From Acidimicrobiaceae bacterium (lineage in GTDB: Bacteria > Actinomycetota > Acidimicrobiia > Acidimicrobiales > Aldehydirespiratoraceae), in the NCBI GenBank assembly GCA_028819005.1, contig JAPPMP010000032.1, positions 11,236-75,235 of the forward strand: DNA of 64,000 bases, given 5' to 3'. Every line of letters starts with the position of its first letter. The stretch's first letter is position 1. The position numbers were made by a program, and so were the translations under genes. The notes below the pieces were generated by a model. The model ran no database searches. It was given only the letters and a program-made list of their open reading frames with translations, and had not been told where the DNA came from. This document shows, one piece after another, positions 52,053 through 60,946 of the stretch.

Positions 52053-52097
52053 GATCGGGCGCTCCCTGTCACGTTCGATTTCGTTGAGGTACGGCCC

Positions 52098-53705
52098 ATG
52101 GATGTTCGTCAGCATCTTCGCTCTGCGCTCGCCGCGGCTCTAGTCCGCGCGGGGATCGATATGCCGCGCGAGCAGATCTCGATCGAACGGCCGGCTAATC
52201 CCGAGCATGGGGACTGGTCGTCCAATGTGGCCTTGGCGACTGCCAAGCACGCTGGTCGCAATCCACGCGAGTTGGCCCAAGAGTTGGCGGACGCGCTCAA
52301 CGCCGATCTTCCCCGACATGTGACTGCCACCGAAGTTGCAGGCGCCGGGTTCATCAACTTCCGCCTGGCGCCCGGCTGGCTGCACGAAGTGCTGGTGGGC
52401 GTCGTCGAAGCGGGCACTGAGGGTTTCGCCCGGTCGGCGATCGGCGCCGGATCATCAGTCGACGTCGAGTACGTGTCGGCCAACCCGACGGGTCCGCTGC
52501 ATGCGGGGCACGGCCGCTGGGCCGCGTACGGCGACTCTCTGGCCCGCCTGTTCGAGCGTTGCGGGTACGAGGTGACCCGCGAGTTCTACGTGAACGACCG
52601 CGGGGGGCAGATGTCGTTGTTCGGGGCTTCGCTCGCGGCCCGCAAAGCCGGCCAGGACCCTCCCGAAGGCGGGTACTTCGGCGAGTACATCACCGAATGG
52701 GCCCAACAGATGCCCGCTACAGCCGATCCGGTCGACTGGGGGTCGCAGCGCGCCCATCTCGACCAGGTCGAGGTGCTGGCCTCGATGAACGCTGAGTTCG
52801 ATCACTGGGCATCGGAGAATCTCCTAGCGCAGTCGGGCGCGGTGGAAGCGGTCCTGACAATCTTGACCGAAGGCGGACACGTCTACGAGTCAGAGGGCGC
52901 GACCTGGCTGCGCACCAGCGAGTTCGGCGACAACCAGGACCGGGTTCTGGTCAAGTCGGACGGGCAACCCACCTACTTCCTGCCCGACATCGCCTATCAC
53001 CAGCAGAAGTACTCCCGAGGCGACCTGCTGATCGACATCCTGGGCGCTGACCATCATGGCTATGTCAAGAGGATGAGCGCGGCGATGCAGATGCTGGGAC
53101 ACTCAGATGACAGCTACGAGGTGCTCATCGGCCAGCACGTGACTCTGGTCCGCGACGGCGAGGAGGTCCGGCTGTCAAAGCGCACGGGAACGATGGTGGA
53201 GGCTCGTGAGCTGGTTGAGCTGGTCGGCGCTGATGTGGCTCGCCTGACTTTTTTGTTGCAGTCGATCGACACGACCCAGACGATCGATGTGGATCTGGTG
53301 GTCGCTGAATCGAGTGAGAATCCCGTGTACTACGTGCAGTATGCGAACGCTCGGGTGTACTCGCTGGCGCGTCGAGCCGAGCAACGAGGCGTCTCCTTGT
53401 CGCCGCTGGCCGAAGTCGACTTGTCGGTCCTCGCACATCAGCGCGAGCTGGCGTTGTTGCGGGTGCTTTCGGAGCTTCCAGAGGTGGTTGAGCGGGCAAT
53501 GCAGGCTAGGGCTCCGCACCAGGTGACGACCTGGTCTAGGGAATGTGCTGCGGCGCTTCACGGTTTCTGGCACGATTGCCCCATATTGAGCGACGACCTC
53601 GACGAACAGGTGCGCCAGGGGAGGATGTGGCTGGTCGAGGCGACCCGCATCGGACTCGGCGTCAGCCTTGATCTGCTCGGCGTCTCCGCGCCCGAATCGA
53701 TGTAG
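52098..53705 (+). CDS. argS: arginine--tRNA ligase
   Basis: 535 aa with HIGH-region 'SANPTGPLHAGHGR' and a DALR-type C-terminus. Confidence 0.97.
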   Translation: MDVRQHLRSALAAALVRAGIDMPREQISIERPANPEHGDWSSNVALATAKHAGRNPRELAQELADALNADLPRHVTATEVAGAGFINFRLAPGWLHEVLVGVVEAGTEGFARSAIGAGSSVDVEYVSANPTGPLHAGHGRWAAYGDSLARLFERCGYEVTREFYVNDRGGQMSLFGASLAARKAGQDPPEGGYFGEYITEWAQQMPATADPVDWGSQRAHLDQVEVLASMNAEFDHWASENLLAQSGAVEAVLTILTEGGHVYESEGATWLRTSEFGDNQDRVLVKSDGQPTYFLPDIAYHQQKYSRGDLLIDILGADHHGYVKRMSAAMQMLGHSDDSYEVLIGQHVTLVRDGEEVRLSKRTGTMVEARELVELVGADVARLTFLLQSIDTTQTIDVDLVVAESSENPVYYVQYANARVYSLARRAEQRGVSLSPLAEVDLSVLAHQRELALLRVLSELPEVVERAMQARAPHQVTTWSRECAAALHGFWHDCPILSDDLDEQVRQGRMWLVEATRIGLGVSLDLLGVSAPESM

Positions 53706-53707
53706 CC

Positions 53708-54973
53708 ATGTCTCCGTTCCCCTTCCGCCTGCTGCCTGACTCTGCTGAACTGCTAGACGGGCAACTCCAGATCGGCGGTTGCAGCCTGCTTGATCTGGCC
53801 GCTGAGCACGGCACGCCTTTGTTCGTCTATGACGAGCAGCACCTGCGTGACCGCTGCCGGGAGGCTGTGGCGGTGTTCGGTGACGGTGTGGCGTATGCGA
53901 CGAAGGCGTTTCTCTGCGCCGAGATGGCGCGGCTCGCGTATTCCGAGGGAATGCACCTCGACGTCGCCACTGGTGGAGAGCTCCATGTGGCGCTGTCGGC
54001 AGGCGTCCCCGCGGATCGGCTGGTGATGCACGGCAACAACAAGTCCATGTCTGAACTGACCGCCGCTCTCGAAGCGGGGGTGGGCAGGATCGTCGTTGAT
54101 TCGTTCGACGAACTGGACCGTCTCGACGAACTTCACGAAGCACACGGTCTCCGCCCCAAGGTGCTGCTGCGATTGACGCCGGGCATCAAGGCCGAGACCC
54201 ACGAGTTCGTGGCAACCGGCCACGATGACACCAAGTTCGGTTTCACCGTCTCCAGCGGCGCGGCCGACGCTGCCATCGAAAGGGCCCGGGCCTCATCGTC
54301 GGTGGAGTTGGTGGGTGTTCATGCCCATATCGGCAGTCAGGTGTTCGCCGTCTCTTCGTTGGCACGAGCGGTGGCGGTTATCGCCGAGGCGGCAGCGGGT
54401 TACGACCTGCCCGAAATGAGCGTGGGCGGCGGGCTCGGCGTCGCCTATGTGACCGGTGAGTCCGCGCCGACGATAACCGAGTGGGGGGAGGCCGTGACCC
54501 GGACCTGCGCCGACTTGGGTGTGACGGCGAAGGTGTCGGCTGAACCCGGGCGGTCGATCGTGGCGGCTGCGGCGGTCACGCTCTACACGGTCGGCACGAT
54601 CAAGATGATCGAGGGCGTTCGCACCTACGTGTCCGTCGACGGCGGGATGAGCGACAACCCGCGCCCTGTCCTCTACGGCTCCGGTTATGAGGCGTTCTTG
54701 CCGCGTGCCGTTGAAGCAGAACGGCCATTGACCGTCACGGTGGTCGGCAAGCACTGCGAGTCGGGTGACCTGCTGGTGCGCGATGCGCAGGTTCCCGCTG
54801 ATCTGGAGGTGGGCGACGTGCTGGCAACCGCGGTGACCGGCGCATACGGTCATGCGATGGGCTCGAACTACAACAAGGTGCCGCGCCCCCCGGTGGTGTT
54901 CGCGGCTGACGGCACGGCGCGGCTAGTCGTGCGTCGGGAGACCCTCGACGACCTCACCCGCCTCGACGTCTGA
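53708..54973 (+). CDS. lysA: diaminopimelate decarboxylase
   Basis: 'TPLFVYDE', PLP-Lys region 'VAYATKAF' and 'GKHCESGD'. Confidence 0.95.
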   Translation: MSPFPFRLLPDSAELLDGQLQIGGCSLLDLAAEHGTPLFVYDEQHLRDRCREAVAVFGDGVAYATKAFLCAEMARLAYSEGMHLDVATGGELHVALSAGVPADRLVMHGNNKSMSELTAALEAGVGRIVVDSFDELDRLDELHEAHGLRPKVLLRLTPGIKAETHEFVATGHDDTKFGFTVSSGAADAAIERARASSSVELVGVHAHIGSQVFAVSSLARAVAVIAEAAAGYDLPEMSVGGGLGVAYVTGESAPTITEWGEAVTRTCADLGVTAKVSAEPGRSIVAAAAVTLYTVGTIKMIEGVRTYVSVDGGMSDNPRPVLYGSGYEAFLPRAVEAERPLTVTVVGKHCESGDLLVRDAQVPADLEVGDVLATAVTGAYGHAMGSNYNKVPRPPVVFAADGTARLVVRRETLDDLTRLDV

Positions 54974-55172
54974 ACTCTTGTAGCCGGTGGGCGTGTTGGC
55001 AGCAAGATCCAGTAGGTACCCGCCGTGGTGTTCTGCCTGTTCAACCCCTACGACGTGGCGCACCCGAGATGTCATGCAGAGCATCGAATTGATGGGCGAA
55101 CACGTCATTTTGGCCTTCAAATAGTCCCGCGGGTCCATGGATGCCGGTCTTTGACAGGTTGCAGGTGCGGCG

Positions 55173-56309
55173 TTACAGGTCGTAGGTTCGGCGGTAGTCG
55201 GCGAATCCTTCGTTGATGGCGTCGCGGTTCAGGCCGAAGTCCTCGAACGTGTAGCTGTGCCGACCGTGCTTGTGTTGCCGGTGCTCTTTTGCATGGGCGG
55301 CCAGCGATGCCTCGAAGTTGGCGTCGAACGGTTCGCCGAGGTCGCGATAGATGCCTCGCACGGTCCCGACTGGATCGCTCGCGAGTTGGCGGTAGTCCAC
55401 GTCGATGAACCGGTCGTCACCCAACGCGGCTCGGGCTGCGGACGTTCGCTCGATCATCTCGGTCAGCATCCGGGTCCACAGCTTCCCCTCGAATGCAGTC
55501 CAGTCGGCGTTGCTGAAAGTGCCGCTGAGCGAGGCGGTGATGCTGGCGGTTGAGGCGATGCACGTTGCGGGATCGCGGTGCGTCCAGATGAAGCGGGCAT
55601 CGGGGTAGAGCTCGGCGATCGTGTTGACGGCCAGGGCGTGATGCGGCGTCTTCAGTTGCCAACGACCGGGTACCCCGGATTGGAGCAGTTGCAGGACCCG
55701 CTGGTGGTAGCGGTAGGTGGCGGTGTGGTCCCGCGTCAGGATCCAGTCGGCGTACGACTCGATGTTGAACATGGCGTTGTATTGCAGGCTCACGAAATCG
55801 TGGGCCATCAGTGTGACGCACTCGATCGGCATGTCGGGCGGGTCGTGATGCATCGCTTTGAAATCAGGGTTGAGCAGATGCAACATGTTGTCGGCTTCGG
55901 CCTCGATGGCTGCGAGCAAACGTAGGTCGCTGTGATAGGTGTCGGCCTTGGGAGGGGGTACGGGTGTGCCGGCCTCCCAGGAGAGCAGGCTGCGATTCGC
56001 CGGATCTACGGACAGGAGTTGACTCAGCGCGGTTGTACCCGAACGGGATACTCCGACGATGAACAGCGGTGCGGTGATTGCTTGATCGGCCAGTTCCGGG
56101 TGCTGGTTCCAGTAGTCGGTGACCGTGAGCCGGTTGACCAACGCTCCAGTCAGGAGAGCTTCCGCTGCCGGCTCGCCGATCGCGTTGAGCTTGGCTTCGT
56201 TGTTCAAAGAGTCGACGAGCACCTCGAGTCCGTCTCGAAATGAGGACTCACCAAAATCGTCGAGTCCTGCTGTGGCCGCGGCCGTGTCGAGCAGTTGTTC
56301 GGCATGCAT
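55173..56309 (-). CDS. sulfotransferase family protein
   Basis: PAPS 5'-phosphosulfate-binding loop-like 'FIVGVSRSGTTAL' and 'RFIWTHRDP' (3'-PB-like). Confidence 0.75.
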   Translation of the reverse strand: MHAEQLLDTAAATAGLDDFGESSFRDGLEVLVDSLNNEAKLNAIGEPAAEALLTGALVNRLTVTDYWNQHPELADQAITAPLFIVGVSRSGTTALSQLLSVDPANRSLLSWEAGTPVPPPKADTYHSDLRLLAAIEAEADNMLHLLNPDFKAMHHDPPDMPIECVTLMAHDFVSLQYNAMFNIESYADWILTRDHTATYRYHQRVLQLLQSGVPGRWQLKTPHHALAVNTIAELYPDARFIWTHRDPATCIASTASITASLSGTFSNADWTAFEGKLWTRMLTEMIERTSAARAALGDDRFIDVDYRQLASDPVGTVRGIYRDLGEPFDANFEASLAAHAKEHRQHKHGRHSYTFEDFGLNRDAINEGFADYRRTYDL

Positions 56310-56351
56310 CGCAGTATCATGCCCGACCGCCGCGTTGTGTATGGAATCTGT

Positions 56352-56428
56352 TGGTCGGGACGACTGGATTTGAACCAGCGACCCCCTGCTCCCAAAGCAG
56401 GTGCGCTACCGAGCTGCGCCACGTCCCG
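56352..56428 (-). tRNA. tRNA-Pro (anticodon UGG), CCA encoded
   Basis: The reverse complement reads CGGGACGTGGCGCAGCTCGGTAGCGCACCTGCTTTGGGAGCAGGGGGTCGCTGGTTCAAATCCAGTCGTCCCGACCA, with anticodon loop CUUUGGGAG. Confidence 0.9.
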
Positions 56429-56492
56429 TGCTGCGCAATCTACCTTCCAGCACCCCTCTTCGCTCTAGATTTCGGTTCCGCAGCAACTCCCC

Positions 56493-56552
56493 CCGAATTC
56501 TGCGCGATAAACCTCACTCCTTGTAGCTAAACGCGCAGAATTCGGAAATGAG
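56493..56552 (+). repeat. 60-bp element copy 1: 14-bp inverted arms (CCGAATTCTGCGCG / CGCGCAGAATTCGG) around a 25-nt loop
   Basis: Arms lie at 56493-56506 and 56532-56545. The copy sits between tRNA-Pro and the DUF559 gene. Confidence 0.9.
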
Positions 56553-56621
56553 GGTGGGATTGGCGGACGAAGCGGCATAATCGGTCAACTTCCTCCATGA
56601 ACCGCGGACCGATTGACCGGC

Positions 56622-57554
56622 ATGTGCAACGAGGAAGTCACCAGAGTCATCCGCCGTCAGCACGGGATCGTCACTGGCAAGCAAGCCCGGGCGGCCGGGT
56701 TCTCTGCCCGACAGATCCAGTATCGATGCACAACGAAGCGGTGGCTTCGTGTCGGTCCGGGTGTTTACCGCCACAATGCGGTCCCAGCTACTTGGAAGAG
56801 CCAACTTCTCGCTGCCTGTCTGCTGACCAACGGCGTCGTCAGCCACCGATCAGCCGCTGCCCTTCACGGGATCGACGGATTCAGGGAGACAGTTCGAGAG
56901 ATCACCGTTCCCGAGGGACGCTGGAAGTCGCTCGACACTGTGAGAGTCCACCAGACCAGACAGTGGTATACCAACCAACACATCGTCCGTGAGCACATCC
57001 CATGCACCGACCTGAGTCGAACGATCATCGATATTGCAGCGGTTGCGAGCCCCCGGCAAGTCAACGACATGGTCGACGCCGTGATGCGTACGAGCCGCCT
57101 CGATCTGTCAGATCTGTACGCCATCGTCGTGCGTCATGCGAGACGAGGTCGGAACGGATGCGGCGTGCTGCGCGATGTGCTCGATAGTCGGATGCCGCAA
57201 TCGGGTGTGCCGCTTAGCAAGTGGAGCCGTCTCGTCGGCAGGCTGCTCGTCGACGCCGGCCTGCCCGAGCCGGTGTACGAGCACCGAGTCTTGGATCGCT
57301 TCGGAGACCTCATCGCTCAAGTAGATCTTGCGTATCCGGAAGCCCGGGTCGCGGTCGAACTTGACAGCATCGCGTGGCACTTCAACCGCGTCTCGTTTCA
57401 TAACGACCGTGCGCGATGGAATGAAATCACGCTCGAACGCTGGACGCCTCTGGTGTTCACCTGGTCGATGTATATCGACACGCCCGAGGAGTTGATCGCT
57501 GCCGTACGAAGCGCGCTCACGCCAAATCTGCGCGATAAACGACATTCCTTGTAG
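56622..57554 (+). CDS. AbiEi_4-like N-terminal wHTH + DUF559 (Vsr-like endonuclease fold) protein
   Basis: 'RRQHGIVTGKQARAAGFSARQIQYRCTTKRWLRVGPGVY' is typical of the N-terminus and 'VAVELDSIAWH' of the DUF559 core. The start is ATG 56622 or TTG 56613. Confidence 0.7.
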   Translation: MCNEEVTRVIRRQHGIVTGKQARAAGFSARQIQYRCTTKRWLRVGPGVYRHNAVPATWKSQLLAACLLTNGVVSHRSAAALHGIDGFRETVREITVPEGRWKSLDTVRVHQTRQWYTNQHIVREHIPCTDLSRTIIDIAAVASPRQVNDMVDAVMRTSRLDLSDLYAIVVRHARRGRNGCGVLRDVLDSRMPQSGVPLSKWSRLVGRLLVDAGLPEPVYEHRVLDRFGDLIAQVDLAYPEARVAVELDSIAWHFNRVSFHNDRARWNEITLERWTPLVFTWSMYIDTPEELIAAVRSALTPNLRDKRHSL

Positions 57555-57580
57555 TTGAACGCGCAGATTTCGGATAGGAG
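57521..57580 (+). repeat. 60-bp element copy 2: 11-bp inverted arms (AAATCTGCGCG / CGCGCAGATTT) around a 25-nt loop containing the DUF559 stop codon
   Basis: Arms lie at 57524-57534 and 57560-57570. By hand alignment the copy is about 49/60 identical to copy 1. Confidence 0.9.
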
Positions 57581-57612
57581 CTGAATGGCCTTGCGTGGGG
57601 GAGCGATGCTCG

Positions 57613-58017
57613 TCAGCTTTCGTCTCGATCAAGGCGCAGGGAGGCGGAATTCATGCAGTAGCGGTGGCCGTGCGGGCCGGGGCCGTCACTGAATCGATGG
57701 CCGAGGTGGGCGCCGCAGTTGGCGCACACTGCTTCTTCGCGGACCATCCCGTGGCTGGTGTCGGTCTGGATGCGAACTGCGTATTCGCCGGACGTCTCGA
57801 AGAAGGACGGCCAGCCGGTGCCCGAGTCGTATTTGGTGTCGCTGGAGAAGAGGACAGCATCACAGACGATGCAGCGGTAGGCGCCGTCATCGTGGCAATC
57901 CCAGTATTCGCCGGTGAAGGGACGCTCGGTGCCCGCTTGTTGGGTCACCGTGTACTGCTCGGGGGTCAAGCGGCTTCGAAGCTCAGCGTCGGTGTAGGTG
58001 GTGTCAGTCATGGTCAA
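57613..58017 (-). CDS. msrB: peptide-methionine (R)-S-oxide reductase
   Basis: '[12 protein letters not shown]', CxxC pairs, 'GWPSF' and '[10 protein letters not shown]'. Confidence 0.92.
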   Translation of the reverse strand: MTMTDTTYTDAELRSRLTPEQYTVTQQAGTERPFTGEYWDCHDDGAYRCIVCDAVLFSSDTKYDSGTGWPSFFETSGEYAVRIQTDTSHGMVREEAVCANCGAHLGHRFSDGPGPHGHRYCMNSASLRLDRDES

Positions 58018-58110
58018 CAGACCTCCTTGTCTTGTCTATATGAGAACACATCACGGCCCTCAGTCGGTCCTCGGCCTGCAAGAAATCTGAAATTGTTTGC
58101 GGTGGTTGAC

Positions 58111-58124
58111 CGAACGAATGTTCG
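58111..58124 (+). promoter_or_regulatory. LexA SOS box (Cheo-type CGAACNNNNGTTCG)
   Basis: CGAACGAATGTTCG is a perfect match to the Gram-positive/actinobacterial LexA palindrome. It lies about 130 nt upstream of the recA start. Confidence 0.8.
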
Positions 58125-58253
58125 CAATTACAATTGCGTCGTTCGTCCTTGGTCGGGCTGTGTCACACCCCCTCCGTAAGTTCGAGTCCAGCAATCCAAC
58201 ATCCCCCACAACTCGGCTGTGAAGGCGCAGCAACAAAACAGGAGACAAAGACA

Positions 58254-59306
58254 GTGGAACGAGACAAGGCACTCAGCATGGCTCTGGGCCAGATAGAGAA
58301 GCAGTACGGCAAGGGCTCGGTCATGAAGATGGGCGAGAAGAGCACCATGGGGATCGAGTCAGTCCCAACTGGTGCGTTGGCGTTGGATCTGGCTCTCGGG
58401 ATCGGTGGGCTGCCCCGTGGGCGGGTGACCGAGATCTTCGGGCCGGAATCTTCGGGCAAGACCACCCTCGCCACCCATGTGGTGGCCGAGGCTCAGCGCA
58501 ATGGCGGCGTCTGTGCCTACATCGACGCTGAGCATGCAATGGACCCGGTTTACGCCAAGGCGATCGGTGTCGATATCGACGAGTTGCTGATTTCTCAGCC
58601 CGATACGGGTGAGCAGGCACTCGAGATCACAGATATGCTGATCCGCTCGGGAGCGTTGGATGTGATCGTTGTAGACTCGGTTGCGGCGTTGACCCCTCGT
58701 GCTGAGATCGAAGGCGAGATGGGCGACACTCATGTCGGTTTGCAGGCCCGGCTCATGTCGCAGGCATTGCGCAAGTTGACGAGCAACCTCAGCAAGTCGA
58801 AGACCATCTGCATCTTCATCAACCAGTTGCGGGAGAAGATCGGCGTGATGTTCGGTTCCCCTGAGACCACCCCCGGAGGTCGGGCACTGAAGTTCTATTC
58901 GTCGTGCCGGCTTGATATCCGTCGTATCGAAGCAATTAAGAACGGTGTTGAGATCGTGGGCAACCGCACTCGGGTGAAGGTCGTCAAGAACAAGTGCGCC
59001 CCACCCTTCAAGCAAGCCGAGTTCGACATCATGTACGGTGCCGGGATCTCCCGCGAGGGCTCGGTGCTCGACTTGTCCGTCGATGAGGGCATCGTCAAGA
59101 AGTCTGGTGCCTGGTACACCTACGACGGTGAACAGCTTGGCCAAGGCCGTGAGAACGCCAAGAAGTTCCTTGAGGACAACCCTGAAGTCATGGTCGAGAT
59201 CTCAGACCGGGTCTGGAAGGCTGTCATGCCCGAACCAGAGCCGGAGGTCGAAGTGGAGGCGGAGTTCGACCACGCTGACGATCTGCCCATCGCTCTTGAC
59301 GACTAG
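58254..59306 (+). CDS. recA: recombinase RecA
   Basis: GTG 58254 follows CAGGAGACA. '[23 protein letters not shown]' and Walker A 'GPESSGKTT'. The upstream part of ORF 58134.. is not RecA-like. Confidence 0.97.
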   Translation: MERDKALSMALGQIEKQYGKGSVMKMGEKSTMGIESVPTGALALDLALGIGGLPRGRVTEIFGPESSGKTTLATHVVAEAQRNGGVCAYIDAEHAMDPVYAKAIGVDIDELLISQPDTGEQALEITDMLIRSGALDVIVVDSVAALTPRAEIEGEMGDTHVGLQARLMSQALRKLTSNLSKSKTICIFINQLREKIGVMFGSPETTPGGRALKFYSSCRLDIRRIEAIKNGVEIVGNRTRVKVVKNKCAPPFKQAEFDIMYGAGISREGSVLDLSVDEGIVKKSGAWYTYDGEQLGQGRENAKKFLEDNPEVMVEISDRVWKAVMPEPEPEVEVEAEFDHADDLPIALDD

Positions 59307-59350
59307 GCCGGGGCCGACTGCGCTCTTGACGACTAGGCCGGGGCCGACTG
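59291..59350. repeat. perfect 30-bp tandem duplication spanning the recA stop codon
   Basis: CGCTCTTGACGACTAGGCCGGGGCCGACTG occurs at 59291-59320 and again at 59321-59350. Confidence 0.97.
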
Positions 59351-59388
59351 CCCAAAGCCCGCCACCGCCTTGGTTCGCCGGCTGGACC

Positions 59389-59429
59389 CCTGTGATTCGC
59401 GACGAACGGGGCTGGCCGCGAATCACAGG
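59389..59429 (+). terminator. 13-bp perfect-stem hairpin downstream of recA (possible terminator, nested in a longer imperfect palindrome 59354-59449)
   Basis: CCTGTGATTCGCG (59389-59401) and CGCGAATCACAGG (59417-59429) flank a 15-nt loop. A TCTTTT tract lies 8 nt downstream. The outer arms GCCCGCCACCGCC / GGCGGT..GGCGGGC can also pair. Confidence 0.45.
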
Positions 59430-59473
59430 CGGCGGTCTTTTGGGCGGGCCGCGGGCTACGGCGCTTGTAGCCT

Positions 59474-60934
59474 GTGCTCGTGGGCAAGTCCTATGTGATC
59501 CGTACATACGGATGCCAGATGAACGAGCACGACTCAGAACGGATCTCAGGCCTGCTTGAGGCTGACGGGATGTGGCGGGTCGACGATGAGGCGCAAGCCG
59601 ATGTGATCGTTCTCAACACCTGTTGCATACGGGAGAACGCAGACAACAAGCTCTATGGGGCGTTGGGCAATCTCAAGGCGCTGAAACAGGCCAATCCGGA
59701 CCTGCAGATTGCAGTTGGGGGTTGCCTGGCGCAAAAGGACCGTGACCTCATCCGCGAGCGTGCGGCTCATGTGGACGTGGTGTTCGGGACCCACAATGTT
59801 GATCGGGCCGGCGAGTTGCTCAGCCATGCGGCCGACCACGGCCCGATAGTCGAGATCCTCGAGGCAACCTCACGAGCCGACGGCGAGGCGTTCCCTTCGG
59901 CCCTGCCGACTCGCCGTGAGGTCGACCACGCGGGTTGGGTGACCGTGCAGATCGGTTGCGACAACACCTGTGCCTTCTGCATCGTTCCCGCGGTGCGTGG
60001 TCCTGAGATCAGCCGTCCCTTCGGTGAGTTGGTTGCTGAAGTTGAGGATCTGGCCCGAGACGGAGTCAGCGAGATCACTTTGCTGGGCCAGAACGTCAAC
60101 AGCTACGGCAGAGACCTGGCGCTCGCCAAGCGGGCTGAACCGGGTGCCGACGATCATCACTGGTGCGGTCATCGGTGGCTGGAGGACCGTCGCGCCAGGC
60201 CGCTGTTCGCCGATCTTCTGCGAGCGACCGGAGCGGTCGAGGGCGTCAATAGAGTGCGCTTCACGAGCCCTCACCCCAAAGACATGCGCAGCGAGACCTT
60301 CGAGGCCATGGCCGATGTTCCCGAGGTCTGCGAGCACTTGCACTTTCCATTGCAATCCGGCAGCGACCGGGTGCTGGCTGCCATGCATCGTGGTTACACC
60401 GCTGAGCGGTACCTGGAGAAGTTGCGTGAGGCTCGCGCCGCGATCCCGGACCTTGCCGTATCTACAGACGTCATCGTGGGGTTTCCGTCAGAGACCGAAG
60501 ATGATTTTGAACGCACGTTGGAGGTTGCAGCCGAGGCGGAGTTCGACAGTGCTTTCACATTCGTGTTCTCCCCCCGAGAGGGAACAGAAGCCGCTCAGAT
60601 GGAGGCCGACTTCGTGGACCACTCGGTTGCTGTCGAGCGCTACGAACGTCTCCGCGTCGTGATCGAGCGGTCGAGTCGGGCCTCCAACGAATCTCGCATC
60701 GGCTTGACCGAAGAGGTGGTCGTGGAGGGTCCGAGCAAGAAAGACCCGGCGGTCCTCACCGGACGAACCCGACGAAACACGCTCGTGCATTTCTTGTCGC
60801 CAACGCCGTTGCGGGCAGGAACGTATGCCCTGGTTGAGGTTGAGTCCGCAGGCATGAACCACATGTCGGGCCGACTTGTCGATGTGACCCTTCCCGCTCG
60901 GCGTCGCATGCGTATTCCGGTCACCGCGCTCTGA
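59474..60934 (+). CDS. miaB: tRNA (i6A37) methylthiotransferase
   Basis: 'IRTYGCQMNEHDSE', radical-SAM 'CDNTCAFCIVP' and a TRAM C-terminus. Confidence 0.95.
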   Translation: MLVGKSYVIRTYGCQMNEHDSERISGLLEADGMWRVDDEAQADVIVLNTCCIRENADNKLYGALGNLKALKQANPDLQIAVGGCLAQKDRDLIRERAAHVDVVFGTHNVDRAGELLSHAADHGPIVEILEATSRADGEAFPSALPTRREVDHAGWVTVQIGCDNTCAFCIVPAVRGPEISRPFGELVAEVEDLARDGVSEITLLGQNVNSYGRDLALAKRAEPGADDHHWCGHRWLEDRRARPLFADLLRATGAVEGVNRVRFTSPHPKDMRSETFEAMADVPEVCEHLHFPLQSGSDRVLAAMHRGYTAERYLEKLREARAAIPDLAVSTDVIVGFPSETEDDFERTLEVAAEAEFDSAFTFVFSPREGTEAAQMEADFVDHSVAVERYERLRVVIERSSRASNESRIGLTEEVVVEGPSKKDPAVLTGRTRRNTLVHFLSPTPLRAGTYALVEVESAGMNHMSGRLVDVTLPARRRMRIPVTAL

Positions 60935-60946
60935 CGGGACGCTGCG

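Noticed and set aside
51713-52087. 124-aa ORF on the plus strand upstream of argS.
   Set aside because: It spans the AT-richer relic segment, starts inside the ATPase start region, has no motif support and crosses the phased 9-mer array. Only the separate 22-codon HicB-like stub in another frame looked meaningful.
56493-57580. Hairpin elements as integron attC sites flanking a gene cassette.
   Set aside because: There are no RYYYAAC / GTTRRRY core sites at the arm ends, no intI or attI nearby, and only a single cassette-like unit.
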